From NCBI GenBank assembly GCA_017523605.1, contig JAFWVZ010000092.1, positions 1 through 30,494 of the forward strand: a DNA stretch of 30,494 nucleotides. The letters are read 5' to 3'. A program made the position numbers and the translations under genes. Below, one piece after another: positions 18,931 to 27,441 of the stretch (within the stretch, counting starts at the first letter, position 1; every line of letters starts with the position of its first letter). The notes beneath the pieces are model-generated. The model did no database searches and was not told the origin of the DNA. It worked only from the letters and a program-made list of their open reading frames with translations. Source of the DNA: Bacillota bacterium. GTDB lineage: Bacteria; Bacillota; Clostridia; Peptostreptococcales; Anaerovoracaceae.

Positions 18931-20187
18931 TCATTTGCCGCGCTCGATGCAGTTCATTATTATTTCCTGCCATTTACGGTTTATCTCGTCTGTGTCGAAG
19001 AGCCTGGCTGTCTGAAGAGCGTTATTCTTATACCTGCTCATCTCTTCGCTGTCCATGGTCGCGAAGAATTCAACGCCTTTGGCGTATTCTTCGGATGACC
19101 CGGCTTTTACGACCTTTCCGCAGCCGTATTTGGTTATTATCGGGTACTTCCCCTCGTCTATGTTTGCGATCACCGGATTGCCTGCCGCAAGATACTCAAA
19201 CAGCTTATTGGAACTGTTGCCGTACTTCTGCGTCTTTGCCGGTTTAAGGTTGAGCACGTTGAGGTCACTTCTGGAAAGCACATAGGGAATGTATTTTTTA
19301 TCTATGCTGCCTTTGAATACTACGTTCGTGATCCCTTCGTCGGCACAGCGCTTCGCAAGCACTTCCCTGTCCGGACCGTCGCCGTAGATAATGAAACGTA
19401 TCTTGTCTTTGAAACCGTCCTTGTTGAGGCTGTCCGCACAGGATACGACCGTGCCGATATCGTTGGCAGTTCTGACGCTTCCGCAGTACATTACGCGGAA
19501 TTTGTCATCCGTAAGATCCGGATCATCTATCTTGTAAGTCTCCAGGTTGTGATAAAATTCCTTAAGATCCACGCCGATGTTTATGTAGTGGAACTTACTT
19601 CTAGGGACCTGCTTATCCCAGCCCTTGTCGATAATGTAGTCGTAAGCTCCTTCCCATGTAAACACGAGCTCATCGGACTTTTTGTACAGCCATTTTTCGT
19701 AAGCGTACATAGCTTTTATGGCAGGGTTGTTGTCGGAAAAATCCGCATACTCCACTATCGACAGCGGCCAAAGGTCAACGATGCTCGTAATGTACGGGAT
19801 GTTATACTTTTTGGCGATCTTGTATCCGGCAAGGCATGACAGAGGCTGAGGCATTGCTGCCATGATCAAGTCGGGTCTTTCGAAATGACGGTAACACTTA
19901 AGCATGTTCAGATAGAAATCCACAAAGCTGAGCGACTCGCCTTTTCTGCTGCTGTAGGATCTGGTGCGGATATAGACGAACGGAACGCCGTCCACCATCT
20001 GTTCTTTGTATGTGCTTCCGTCGGTAATGAAATTAATGTCCGTATTGTGAAGCGCGCTCCCTGCAAACACCAGAGCGTCGCAGCCATGCTCGCGCAGATA
20101 CTTAGCCAGACTGTAATCCGGTATCCTCGGACAGTACGACGGCCCCCCGGCAAAATAGCTGATTATCCATACCATAGGTTTTTTCAT
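18931..20187 (-). CDS. GT4 glycosyltransferase, WbuB-like
   Basis: IVDLWPLSI, MYCGSV, YGDGPDR, NSSNKLFEYLAAG; first GT after the initiating transferase. Confidence 0.88.
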   Translation of the reverse strand: MKKPMVWIISYFAGGPSYCPRIPDYSLAKYLREHGCDALVFAGSALHNTDINFITDGSTYKEQMVDGVPFVYIRTRSYSSRKGESLSFVDFYLNMLKCYRHFERPDLIMAAMPQPLSCLAGYKIAKKYNIPYITSIVDLWPLSIVEYADFSDNNPAIKAMYAYEKWLYKKSDELVFTWEGAYDYIIDKGWDKQVPRSKFHYINIGVDLKEFYHNLETYKIDDPDLTDDKFRVMYCGSVRTANDIGTVVSCADSLNKDGFKDKIRFIIYGDGPDREVLAKRCADEGITNVVFKGSIDKKYIPYVLSRSDLNVLNLKPAKTQKYGNSSNKLFEYLAAGNPVIANIDEGKYPIITKYGCGKVVKAGSSEEYAKGVEFFATMDSEEMSRYKNNALQTARLFDTDEINRKWQEIIMNCIERGK

Positions 20188-20193
20188 CGGATG

Positions 20194-20892
20194 CTACTCC
20201 TTGTACTCTTTTCCCAAAACTGCGAACACCGTTCTGAACATGGTGGCTATGTCTCCGGAAAAGCTGAACTCCTTAATGCTTTTTAAGTTCCATTTCATCT
20301 TTTCCGGGAGCACCTTTTCTATGTAGACCTTGTCCACGTCGTCTGCCGCGTTAAGCAGCCGGTCTTCGTCTTTATATCTTATAGAGGCTTCGCTGGTTAT
20401 TCCGGCCGGCATCAGCAGTGTTGCCCTGTACTCCGGCTCGTAGCGTTCTATGTATTTTACGGCTTCCGGCCTTGTCCCTACAAAGGACATGCTGCCGGAT
20501 ATTACGTCCAGGACCTGCGGAAGCTCGTCCAGCCTGTGGCCTCTGAGCTTTGATCCGACCTTGGTTATCCTGCTGTCGTTGCCGACGGTAACGGTGCTTC
20601 CGATCTTATCCGCGTTGCTTACCATCGTACGGAACTTGTGTATCCTGAAATGTTTCCCGTACGCAGTGGCCCTTTCCTGTCTGTAGAACACGGGCCCTTC
20701 GGAGTCTCTCTTGATCAGAACAGCTATGACAGCCATCGGTATGGCCAAAATGATCAGGAGGATGACCCCTGCGACTATGTCGAACAGCCGCTTAAGCATC
20801 AGCTGACCGCGCTTTTTATTCAGTATCTCCCAGTAAGGGCGCACCTCCGGTACTCTCATGAAGTCCGGAAGATCATCCCATTTCTTTAACAT
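20194..20892 (-). CDS. Initiating phosphoglycosyltransferase (small monotopic PGT), probably for the 4-amino sugar
   Basis: KRLFD, FYRQER, KFRTM, RITKVG, LDELPQ, MSFVGTRPE, GITSEAS; from memory strongly resembles pneumococcal Spr1655; directly follows the aminotransferase. Confidence 0.92.
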   Translation of the reverse strand: MLKKWDDLPDFMRVPEVRPYWEILNKKRGQLMLKRLFDIVAGVILLIILAIPMAVIAVLIKRDSEGPVFYRQERATAYGKHFRIHKFRTMVSNADKIGSTVTVGNDSRITKVGSKLRGHRLDELPQVLDVISGSMSFVGTRPEAVKYIERYEPEYRATLLMPAGITSEASIRYKDEDRLLNAADDVDKVYIEKVLPEKMKWNLKSIKEFSFSGDIATMFRTVFAVLGKEYKE

Positions 20893-20906
20893 TCACTTTC
20901 CCCAAA

Positions 20907-22241
20907 CTACAGTTCTTTAATTGCTCCGCGCAGCGCTTCGCACACGTATTCGACGTCTTCGTCGGTAAGCAATGTATGCAGCGGAAGCGATATCAGGTTA
21001 TGGTAGTAATCGTAGGAATTCGGGAAATCCTTTATGTCCCATCCAAGCGCCTTATATGCCGTCATCATTGGGAGCGGTTTATAGTGTACGTTGGTCGCAA
21101 CACCTCGTTCCGCCATCTTTTCGATGATAAGGTTCCTAGTATCGGCGTCGATGCCCGGAACACGCATCAGGTACAGATGGTTGGAACTGTCCATGTCCGC
21201 CGTGTGATGGACCAGGTGGCTGATCCCAAGCTCATCGCACACCGCATCGTACTTGTTTATTATCTGAGTTCTGCGCTCGATAAGCCCCGGATAACGGTCC
21301 AGCTGGCGAAGGCCTATCGCGGCCATTATGTCCGTCATGTTGCACTTGTACCAGGGACCGATGATATCGTATTCCCAGGCGCCGAGCTTGGTCTTGGCGA
21401 GCGCGTCCTTGTTCTGTCCGTGCAGGGACAGGAGCTGGAACATCTTGTATATCTCCGCGTCTTCGACTCCGCTGACCGGAAGCCAGGTGCTGGCTCCGCC
21501 TTCTGCAGTCGTAAAGTTCTTTACTGCATGGAAGGAGAAGCTCGTAAAGTCCGCACTGGCTCCGCAGCATTTCTTTTCTCCGCGGAACAACCTGGAAGCG
21601 CCCAGGCTGTGAGCGCTGTCCGCAACGACTGCAACTCTTCCGAGCGCCTTCTGGATCCTGGAAGAAAGGTCTCCCAATGCCGTGCCGTCGCTCTCTGCAG
21701 GACTGAAAAGGTCCTTCTTTTTTTCGACTATTCCGAAAACTCTTTCGTAGTCGCAGACGATGCCGGCAAGATCCACCGTTACGATGGCTTTCGTTCTCTC
21801 GTTGATAAGCTTCTCCAGCGCATCGTAGTCCATTTCAGGCATATGCGTGGCCGGATCTCCGTCCTTCCGGATGTCGGCGAATACCACCTTTGCTCCGCAG
21901 TGAAGCGCCGCCGAAGCGGATGCTGTATATGTGTATGCAGGAACTATTACCTCATCTTCCGGACCTATCCCAAGCACGCGGAGATTAAGCTCCTCCGCAG
22001 CGGTCGCCGAGTTAAGGCATACTACCCTGTTGCTGTATTTCTCTGCATTGCCGGGCTCAGTGCAGTCTATGTCGTTGCGTCCGGTCTCTATGAAGGCTGC
22101 CAGCCTTCTTTCCAGAAGCTTGGTCCTGGGACCGGTCGTTATCCAGCCGCTCTTCAGTGCCTCACATACTTCTGCTATCTCGCTCTCACTGATGTCAGGA
22201 GGGCTGAAAGGTATTGTTTTTTTTCTGATATCGCTGCTCAT
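20907..22241 (-). CDS. DegT/DnrJ/EryC1/StrS PLP-dependent sugar 4-aminotransferase (Spr1654/WcfR-like)
   Basis: IPFSPPDI, SGWITTGP, DSAHSLG, SFSFHAVKNFTTAEGG (PLP lysine), LSLHGQNKDALAK, YKCNMTDI, NVHYKPLP. Start set at ATG 22241, 1 nt after the upstream stop. Confidence 0.92.
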   Translation of the reverse strand: MSSDIRKKTIPFSPPDISESEIAEVCEALKSGWITTGPRTKLLERRLAAFIETGRNDIDCTEPGNAEKYSNRVVCLNSATAAEELNLRVLGIGPEDEVIVPAYTYTASASAALHCGAKVVFADIRKDGDPATHMPEMDYDALEKLINERTKAIVTVDLAGIVCDYERVFGIVEKKKDLFSPAESDGTALGDLSSRIQKALGRVAVVADSAHSLGASRLFRGEKKCCGASADFTSFSFHAVKNFTTAEGGASTWLPVSGVEDAEIYKMFQLLSLHGQNKDALAKTKLGAWEYDIIGPWYKCNMTDIMAAIGLRQLDRYPGLIERRTQIINKYDAVCDELGISHLVHHTADMDSSNHLYLMRVPGIDADTRNLIIEKMAERGVATNVHYKPLPMMTAYKALGWDIKDFPNSYDYYHNLISLPLHTLLTDEDVEYVCEALRGAIKEL

Positions 22242-22242
22242 T

Positions 22243-23067
22243 TTATTCTTGTTCAAGTTCCCCTTTTCCAAAACCGGCCCCGGCTGTTTCCGCAGTCCTG
22301 ACCAAACACTCTGCATCCGCCAGGAAGCCCTCCAGATTGCCTTCCCGCAGGATCTTTACGTACTTGCCGTCCCATTCTGCCTTTTCTTTGTTGTTGAGCT
22401 CTATTCCGCCGTTCAGCTGAGCAAGACCTGTTATGCCCGGCATTACGTTGTTGGCGCCGTATTTATCGCGTTCTTCTATAAGCTCTTTTGTGTTCCATAT
22501 CACGGGTCTCGGACCGACCAGACTCATTTTGCCGCGGAACACGTCCCAAAGCTGTGGCAGCTCGTCCAGATAGGTCCTGCGCAGGAACCTGCCGACACGG
22601 GTCATGTACTCTTCCTGATCCTCGAACCTCTCTATTGGAACATCCGTAGGCGCGCTTTTCTTCATGGACCTGAACTTGTGGATCTCAAAGAATCGCTTAT
22701 CCTTCCCGACCCTCTTTTGCTTAAACAGCACGGGACCCGGGTCGTCTATCTCTATTGCCACGGCTATAAGTCCGAACAACGGAGCAAGTAATACAAGACC
22801 GCAGAACGAAACTACCTTATCCAGAGCTCTCTTGCCGAACCGCTCGTATGCGGTAGGCTCATCGGGTTCCTGCATGAGCGCATCCGCCCCGTCCCAGCCG
22901 TTGCCGATATAAGACGGCTCCAGATAAGGGTTGTCATCATCTATGTTTTCCGGCTCCTTTACTGCCTTGGCGAGCCTTTCCAGAAAGACAGCTGCACCGG
23001 TCAGAAACAGCGCAGCTGCTCCGATCTTAAGACCGGCACGTATTTTTTTCTTCTTGTTCTTATTCAT
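22243..23067 (-). CDS. Second initiating phosphoglycosyltransferase, diverged, with extra N-terminal hydrophobic segment
   Basis: KRALD, LFKQKRVG, KFRSM, LDELPQ, MSLVGPRP, ERDKYGANNVMPGITGLAQLNG; no clear SD upstream. Confidence 0.85.
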   Translation of the reverse strand: MNKNKKKKIRAGLKIGAAALFLTGAAVFLERLAKAVKEPENIDDDNPYLEPSYIGNGWDGADALMQEPDEPTAYERFGKRALDKVVSFCGLVLLAPLFGLIAVAIEIDDPGPVLFKQKRVGKDKRFFEIHKFRSMKKSAPTDVPIERFEDQEEYMTRVGRFLRRTYLDELPQLWDVFRGKMSLVGPRPVIWNTKELIEERDKYGANNVMPGITGLAQLNGGIELNNKEKAEWDGKYVKILREGNLEGFLADAECLVRTAETAGAGFGKGELEQE

Positions 23068-23078
23068 TCAGTCAATTG

Positions 23079-25052
23079 CTATATAGGCGTAAACATCCTT
23101 GTGTTTCGGAACTCATCCGCGCTCTGGGCGTAGGCGTTCACCTCTTCCGGAGACCTGTAGGTCGGAACTACGGATTTAAGAGCATCCTTTACGGAAGCGT
23201 CGCTGCCGGTGCTGAGCGCGGTCTTAAGTAGTCCGAGCCTGAGCCCCAGATCGCTCATTGAAAGCGGCGTGTCGCGCTCTATGAAGATAAGTTCGTTGTC
23301 CGTCTTGTCCAGACCTTCGTCACGCACCAGAAGCTCTTCGTAGAGCTTTTCACCGGGGCGAAGTCCGGTCTCGATAATGTCTATGTCCTTGTAGGGTTCC
23401 AGACCGGAAAGACGGATAAGGTTCTCCGCAAGGTCAAGTATCTTTACCGGCTGGCCCATGTCGAGGACGAAAAGCTCTCCGTTCTTAGCCATTACTCCGG
23501 ACTGCAGCACCAGACTGGAAGCCTCGGGGATGGTCATGAAGTAGCGTATTATCCTTTTATCCGTAATGGTTATCGGACCGCCGTTAGCTATCTGCTTCTT
23601 AAAGAGAGGTATGACGGATCCGGCAGAACCCAGAACGTTTCCGAACCTTGTAGCGGAGAAGCTGGTCCCGCTGCCGCTCTGGCTGTGCGCCTGCACTATC
23701 ATCTCGCACATGCGCTTGGTAGCGCCCATGACGTTGGTGGGATTTACAGCCTTGTCCGTGCTTACCATCATGAAACGCTCCGCGCCGTACTTTTCCGCAA
23801 GCTCCACGCAGTTGAGCGTTCCGAACACGTTGTTTTCAACGGCCTCTATCACGTTGTGCTCCATCAGCGGCACGTGTTTATGAGCCGCGGCATTTATTAT
23901 TATCTGAGGTCTGTAATAATCAAAAACTCTTTCCAGAGCCGGCCTGTTGCAGATGGACAGTATCTCAACCTTAAGATTGAGCTTGTTTCCGTGCTCCAGC
24001 CGCAGTTCCTGCTGCAGATCGTAAGCGCCGTTCTCATAGACGTCCAGAATTATCAGCTGTCTGGGATCCATCCTGGCTATCTGCCTGCAGAGCTCCGAAC
24101 CTATCGATCCGCCGCCGCCTGTAACGAGAGTTACCTTGCCCTTAAAGTACGCCGCAGTCTTTTCGTCTTTAACGTCTATCTCGCGTCGGAAGAGAAGCTC
24201 GTCTATGTCGAACTCACGAAGTGACTTTTTGCTGCCTGCAGTGCGCATGGTGGGATAGTCGTAGACCTTTACCTTATATCCCATCCCCTTATAGCGCTCG
24301 TATATCGCCTTTTTCTGTTCGGGAGTAGGCGACGTTACAGCCATAACCACTTCCTGGATCTCGTATCTTGAAAGTGTCTCCACCGTAGCGGATTCCTCGG
24401 ATATGACAGGAACGTTGAATATCTCCTTGCCTATCTTTTCCTCGTTTACGTCTACGTAGCAGCGAGGCAGGTAAGCAGATGCGGGGTTGCTCATAAGCTC
24501 CGATGCCAGAGTCGTACCTACGCGGCCGGCTCCTATGATGGCGATGTTGATCTTATTGGTTCCTGCACCCACGTCCGCGCTGAGGCTGTCTCCGCTGAAA
24601 AGACGGTAAAGGACCCTGAGGATCTTGCCTCTGGTGGTATCCTGATTTCCGAATTTATAGGTGTAGCGGTACATCATCCTCATGCCCAGGCACAGAAGAA
24701 GCTCTATGGTGAACAGGGAAATGGAAGCGACCGCTGTCATCCTCTGCATGTTGGTAAGTCTTAACAACGAAAACACTATGAAAGCGCAGAAATCCGACAG
24801 CATCAGCTTAATGTAAGACTGGATGCCTCCGTACCTCCATACGAGTCCGTATATCTTGAAGAAACTCCTGAACACCATGATGAAGACATACGCCAGAACA
24901 AGCTGTATGATCTTGTTCTGGAATGTCATGTAGTCGGAGCCTCTGTATATGACGAACAGCAGGACTGCAGTAGCGACATAGATCAGAAAATCATATATCA
25001 CCAGCGCCCATCTTATCGTCTTTTTCTGATGTGTATTACCGGGTTCTTTCAT
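23079..25052 (-). CDS. CapD/PglF-type membrane-bound UDP-GlcNAc 4,6-dehydratase
   Basis: N-terminal TM helices, IIGAGRVG, TGGGGSIGSEL, AAAHKHVPLME, STDKAVNPTNVMGATKR, RFGNVLGS, RYFMTIPEA, GLRPGEKLYEEL. Confidence 0.94.
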   Translation of the reverse strand: MKEPGNTHQKKTIRWALVIYDFLIYVATAVLLFVIYRGSDYMTFQNKIIQLVLAYVFIMVFRSFFKIYGLVWRYGGIQSYIKLMLSDFCAFIVFSLLRLTNMQRMTAVASISLFTIELLLCLGMRMMYRYTYKFGNQDTTRGKILRVLYRLFSGDSLSADVGAGTNKINIAIIGAGRVGTTLASELMSNPASAYLPRCYVDVNEEKIGKEIFNVPVISEESATVETLSRYEIQEVVMAVTSPTPEQKKAIYERYKGMGYKVKVYDYPTMRTAGSKKSLREFDIDELLFRREIDVKDEKTAAYFKGKVTLVTGGGGSIGSELCRQIARMDPRQLIILDVYENGAYDLQQELRLEHGNKLNLKVEILSICNRPALERVFDYYRPQIIINAAAHKHVPLMEHNVIEAVENNVFGTLNCVELAEKYGAERFMMVSTDKAVNPTNVMGATKRMCEMIVQAHSQSGSGTSFSATRFGNVLGSAGSVIPLFKKQIANGGPITITDKRIIRYFMTIPEASSLVLQSGVMAKNGELFVLDMGQPVKILDLAENLIRLSGLEPYKDIDIIETGLRPGEKLYEELLVRDEGLDKTDNELIFIERDTPLSMSDLGLRLGLLKTALSTGSDASVKDALKSVVPTYRSPEEVNAYAQSADEFRNTRMFTPI

Positions 25053-25055
25053 TAT

Positions 25056-26075
25056 CTATCCCTCGTATCCGTTGGGATTGTTCTTCTGCCAGTTCCATGT
25101 GTCGCGGCACATCTCCTCGAGCCCTCTTACAGCTTCCCATCCAAGGATCTTTTTGCTCTTGACAGGGTCGCTGTACAGTTCGGCCAGGTCTCCGGGACGC
25201 CTTTCGGCAATTACGTAAGGGATCCTGATCCCGCTGGCTTTTTCAAACGCTTTTACGATATCCATAACGGAATAGCCGGTACCGGTACCCAGATTAAAGA
25301 CCTCTTCACCGGTGTGTGATACCGCATACTCCACAGCTTTCAGATGCCCTTCGGCAAGATCCATTACATGTATGTAATCCCTTACGCCTGTTCCGTCGGG
25401 AGTGTCGTAATCGTTTCCGAATATGTTCAGATGATCGCGTCTGCCTACGGCGACCTGCGAAATGTAAGGCATCAGATTGTTCGGGATCCCGCTGGGGTCC
25501 TCTCCGATCAGCCCGGAAGGATGAGCTCCTATAGGGTTGAAATAACGGAGGTTCACCACGCTCACTCCGGGGTCCGATGCAGCCCAGTCTCTAAGGATCT
25601 GCTCGTTCATGAATTTAGTCCAGCCGTAGGGATTGGTGCAGTTACCGGTGCGGTCGGTCTCGGAGAACGGAGACGGGACATTGCGTCCGTCGTAAACTGT
25701 TGCGGATGAAGAGAAGATCATTCTCTTGCAGCCATGTTCCGACATTACCTTGGCCAGAGAGATGGTGGATGCAAGATTGTTGTCGTAATACTCCAGCGGT
25801 TTCTGCGTGGATTCCCCGACAGCCTTAAATCCTGCAAAATGTATTACACAGTCTATCTTATTAGCCTCGAAGATCCTGTCTAAAGCAGCGCGGTCGCATA
25901 CGTCGGCCTTGTAAAACGTTAAGGTCTTTCCGGTGATACGCTCGACCCTGCGCAGGGCTTCCTCCGAGGAGTTGGACAGATCGTCGGCGACGATAACATC
26001 GTACCCGTTTTCAAGCAGTACTACACAGGTATGAGACCCTATGTATCCGGTCCCTCCTGTTACCAGAACAGTCAT
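25056..26075 (-). CDS. galE: UDP-glucose 4-epimerase
   Basis: GGTGYIGSH, IHFAGFKAVGES, SSSATVY, YGWTK, LRYFNPIGAH, GVRDYIHV. Confidence 0.96.
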   Translation of the reverse strand: MTVLVTGGTGYIGSHTCVVLLENGYDVIVADDLSNSSEEALRRVERITGKTLTFYKADVCDRAALDRIFEANKIDCVIHFAGFKAVGESTQKPLEYYDNNLASTISLAKVMSEHGCKRMIFSSSATVYDGRNVPSPFSETDRTGNCTNPYGWTKFMNEQILRDWAASDPGVSVVNLRYFNPIGAHPSGLIGEDPSGIPNNLMPYISQVAVGRRDHLNIFGNDYDTPDGTGVRDYIHVMDLAEGHLKAVEYAVSHTGEEVFNLGTGTGYSVMDIVKAFEKASGIRIPYVIAERRPGDLAELYSDPVKSKKILGWEAVRGLEEMCRDTWNWQKNNPNGYEG

Positions 26076-26076
26076 C

Positions 26077-27441
26077 TTACTTTGCCGCCTTTCTGCTCTT
26101 ATGCGAGCGATCGTTTTTCCTGCCGCTTTTTACCTCGTCTGCAAGGCCTATTATAAGGATCACAAGAAGCGCGACCGCACACAGCGGCGCCTCGCTTTTG
26201 ATCAGAGCCTTTATGTAGGAAGCGGAAACAATGGATCTTCCGTGGTAATCCGTTGCAACGCTCCTTATGGAAGAGGTGCTGGCGTACTCCGCGTTATAGG
26301 CCTCTGCCAGCGAATCGAAGTCCGCGATGAGCGCATCGATCTTAGCGGAGACCGCAGCGATGGATGCCTCAAGCACGGATCCGTCCGTCTGTTCACCTGT
26401 CGCATTCGCATCGATATCGGCGATCCTGCTCTCGATATCGTTGATGTTGATGCGCGCCTCGGTAAGCGCCTCGGATAAAGCGGCCTTTACACCTACCAGC
26501 TCTTCGTAGGTCTCTTTGGAGTTGCCCTCGACCGTGATTATGTTGTTGCCGGATCCCAGATACAAAGTAGCGTCCATTTCGTAGCTGTCGATCAGCTGCT
26601 CGACCTCTGCAAGCTCCTTTGTGAGTGCATTGAACTTCCTGATCTGGATATCATCCTCGTACACATACTTCTGTCTGAGAGCTTCCGTATCCTTAGACAG
26701 TGCGTTGAGCGTTATCATTGCCGACAGACTCTGAAGATCACTTGAAAGGATCGACTTTGCCCTTGTGGAAAGCGCCAGGAAAGTAGCTCCGTCCTTATCG
26801 AATGCCTGCTTTACCTCGTAAAGGGCAAGAGAATGCTTATCCACGAGGTCGCATTTCAGGGTAAGAAGCTCAACAGCCTGCATGTAGTCCTTGCTCGAGA
26901 TATCGAAGATCTCACCGAGCTTGTCCCATTCGACTCCTGCGCCGTAGGTCTTCTGATATACCTGCTTGTATTCCTCTACAAGAGTGCTCAGAAGTCCGGT
27001 CAGCTGGGACTTGCTGAGTTTGTTCTTAAACTCGTTGTAAATGCTTATCGTGAATGTAGTCGGATAATAATCGCTGAGGGAGACCACTCTGGTCGGGTCC
27101 GACGTAAGAAGCGAATCGAAACTCTTTATCTGTTCGATTATGTTAGTCGGATAACTTCCGCGGACCACCATGTTCCCGGCAAGATCTTCTGCGGTAAGTT
27201 TATCCGCCAGTCCTGCCTTATCTATTACTCCGCTCAGGAAATCTTCGTTCTTTATCTGTTCTACAGTAAACGGCTGTCCGTTCGGAGCTTCACCCTTCTC
27301 GGCTCCGCTGTGAAGAAGGATGAATCCCGATCTTGCATATTCTCTGGCAGGATTGACCGCCAGGAAGTTTACAAGCGAAAGGATAAGGCCGAGGATTACC
27401 GCAATGATAAGCAGATTCCATTTACCAAGCTTTTTAAGCAT
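26077..27441 (-). CDS. Hypothetical membrane protein, Wzz/polysaccharide co-polymerase-like architecture (paralogue B)
   Basis: TM helix near each terminus enclosing a ~380-aa domain with heptad-rich stretches; shares spaced motifs with the upstream gene; ATGCTTAA overlap. Confidence 0.55.
   Translation of the reverse strand: MLKKLGKWNLLIIAVILGLILSLVNFLAVNPAREYARSGFILLHSGAEKGEAPNGQPFTVEQIKNEDFLSGVIDKAGLADKLTAEDLAGNMVVRGSYPTNIIEQIKSFDSLLTSDPTRVVSLSDYYPTTFTISIYNEFKNKLSKSQLTGLLSTLVEEYKQVYQKTYGAGVEWDKLGEIFDISSKDYMQAVELLTLKCDLVDKHSLALYEVKQAFDKDGATFLALSTRAKSILSSDLQSLSAMITLNALSKDTEALRQKYVYEDDIQIRKFNALTKELAEVEQLIDSYEMDATLYLGSGNNIITVEGNSKETYEELVGVKAALSEALTEARININDIESRIADIDANATGEQTDGSVLEASIAAVSAKIDALIADFDSLAEAYNAEYASTSSIRSVATDYHGRSIVSASYIKALIKSEAPLCAVALLVILIIGLADEVKSGRKNDRSHKSRKAAK

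Noticed and set aside
20976-22301. 441-aa antisense ORF over the aminotransferase, and similar ones at 16239-17249, 17765-18568, 3177-3923, 4426-5154 and 22243-22791 region
   Set aside because: All lie wholly opposite well-supported genes and show shadow-frame composition without family motifs.
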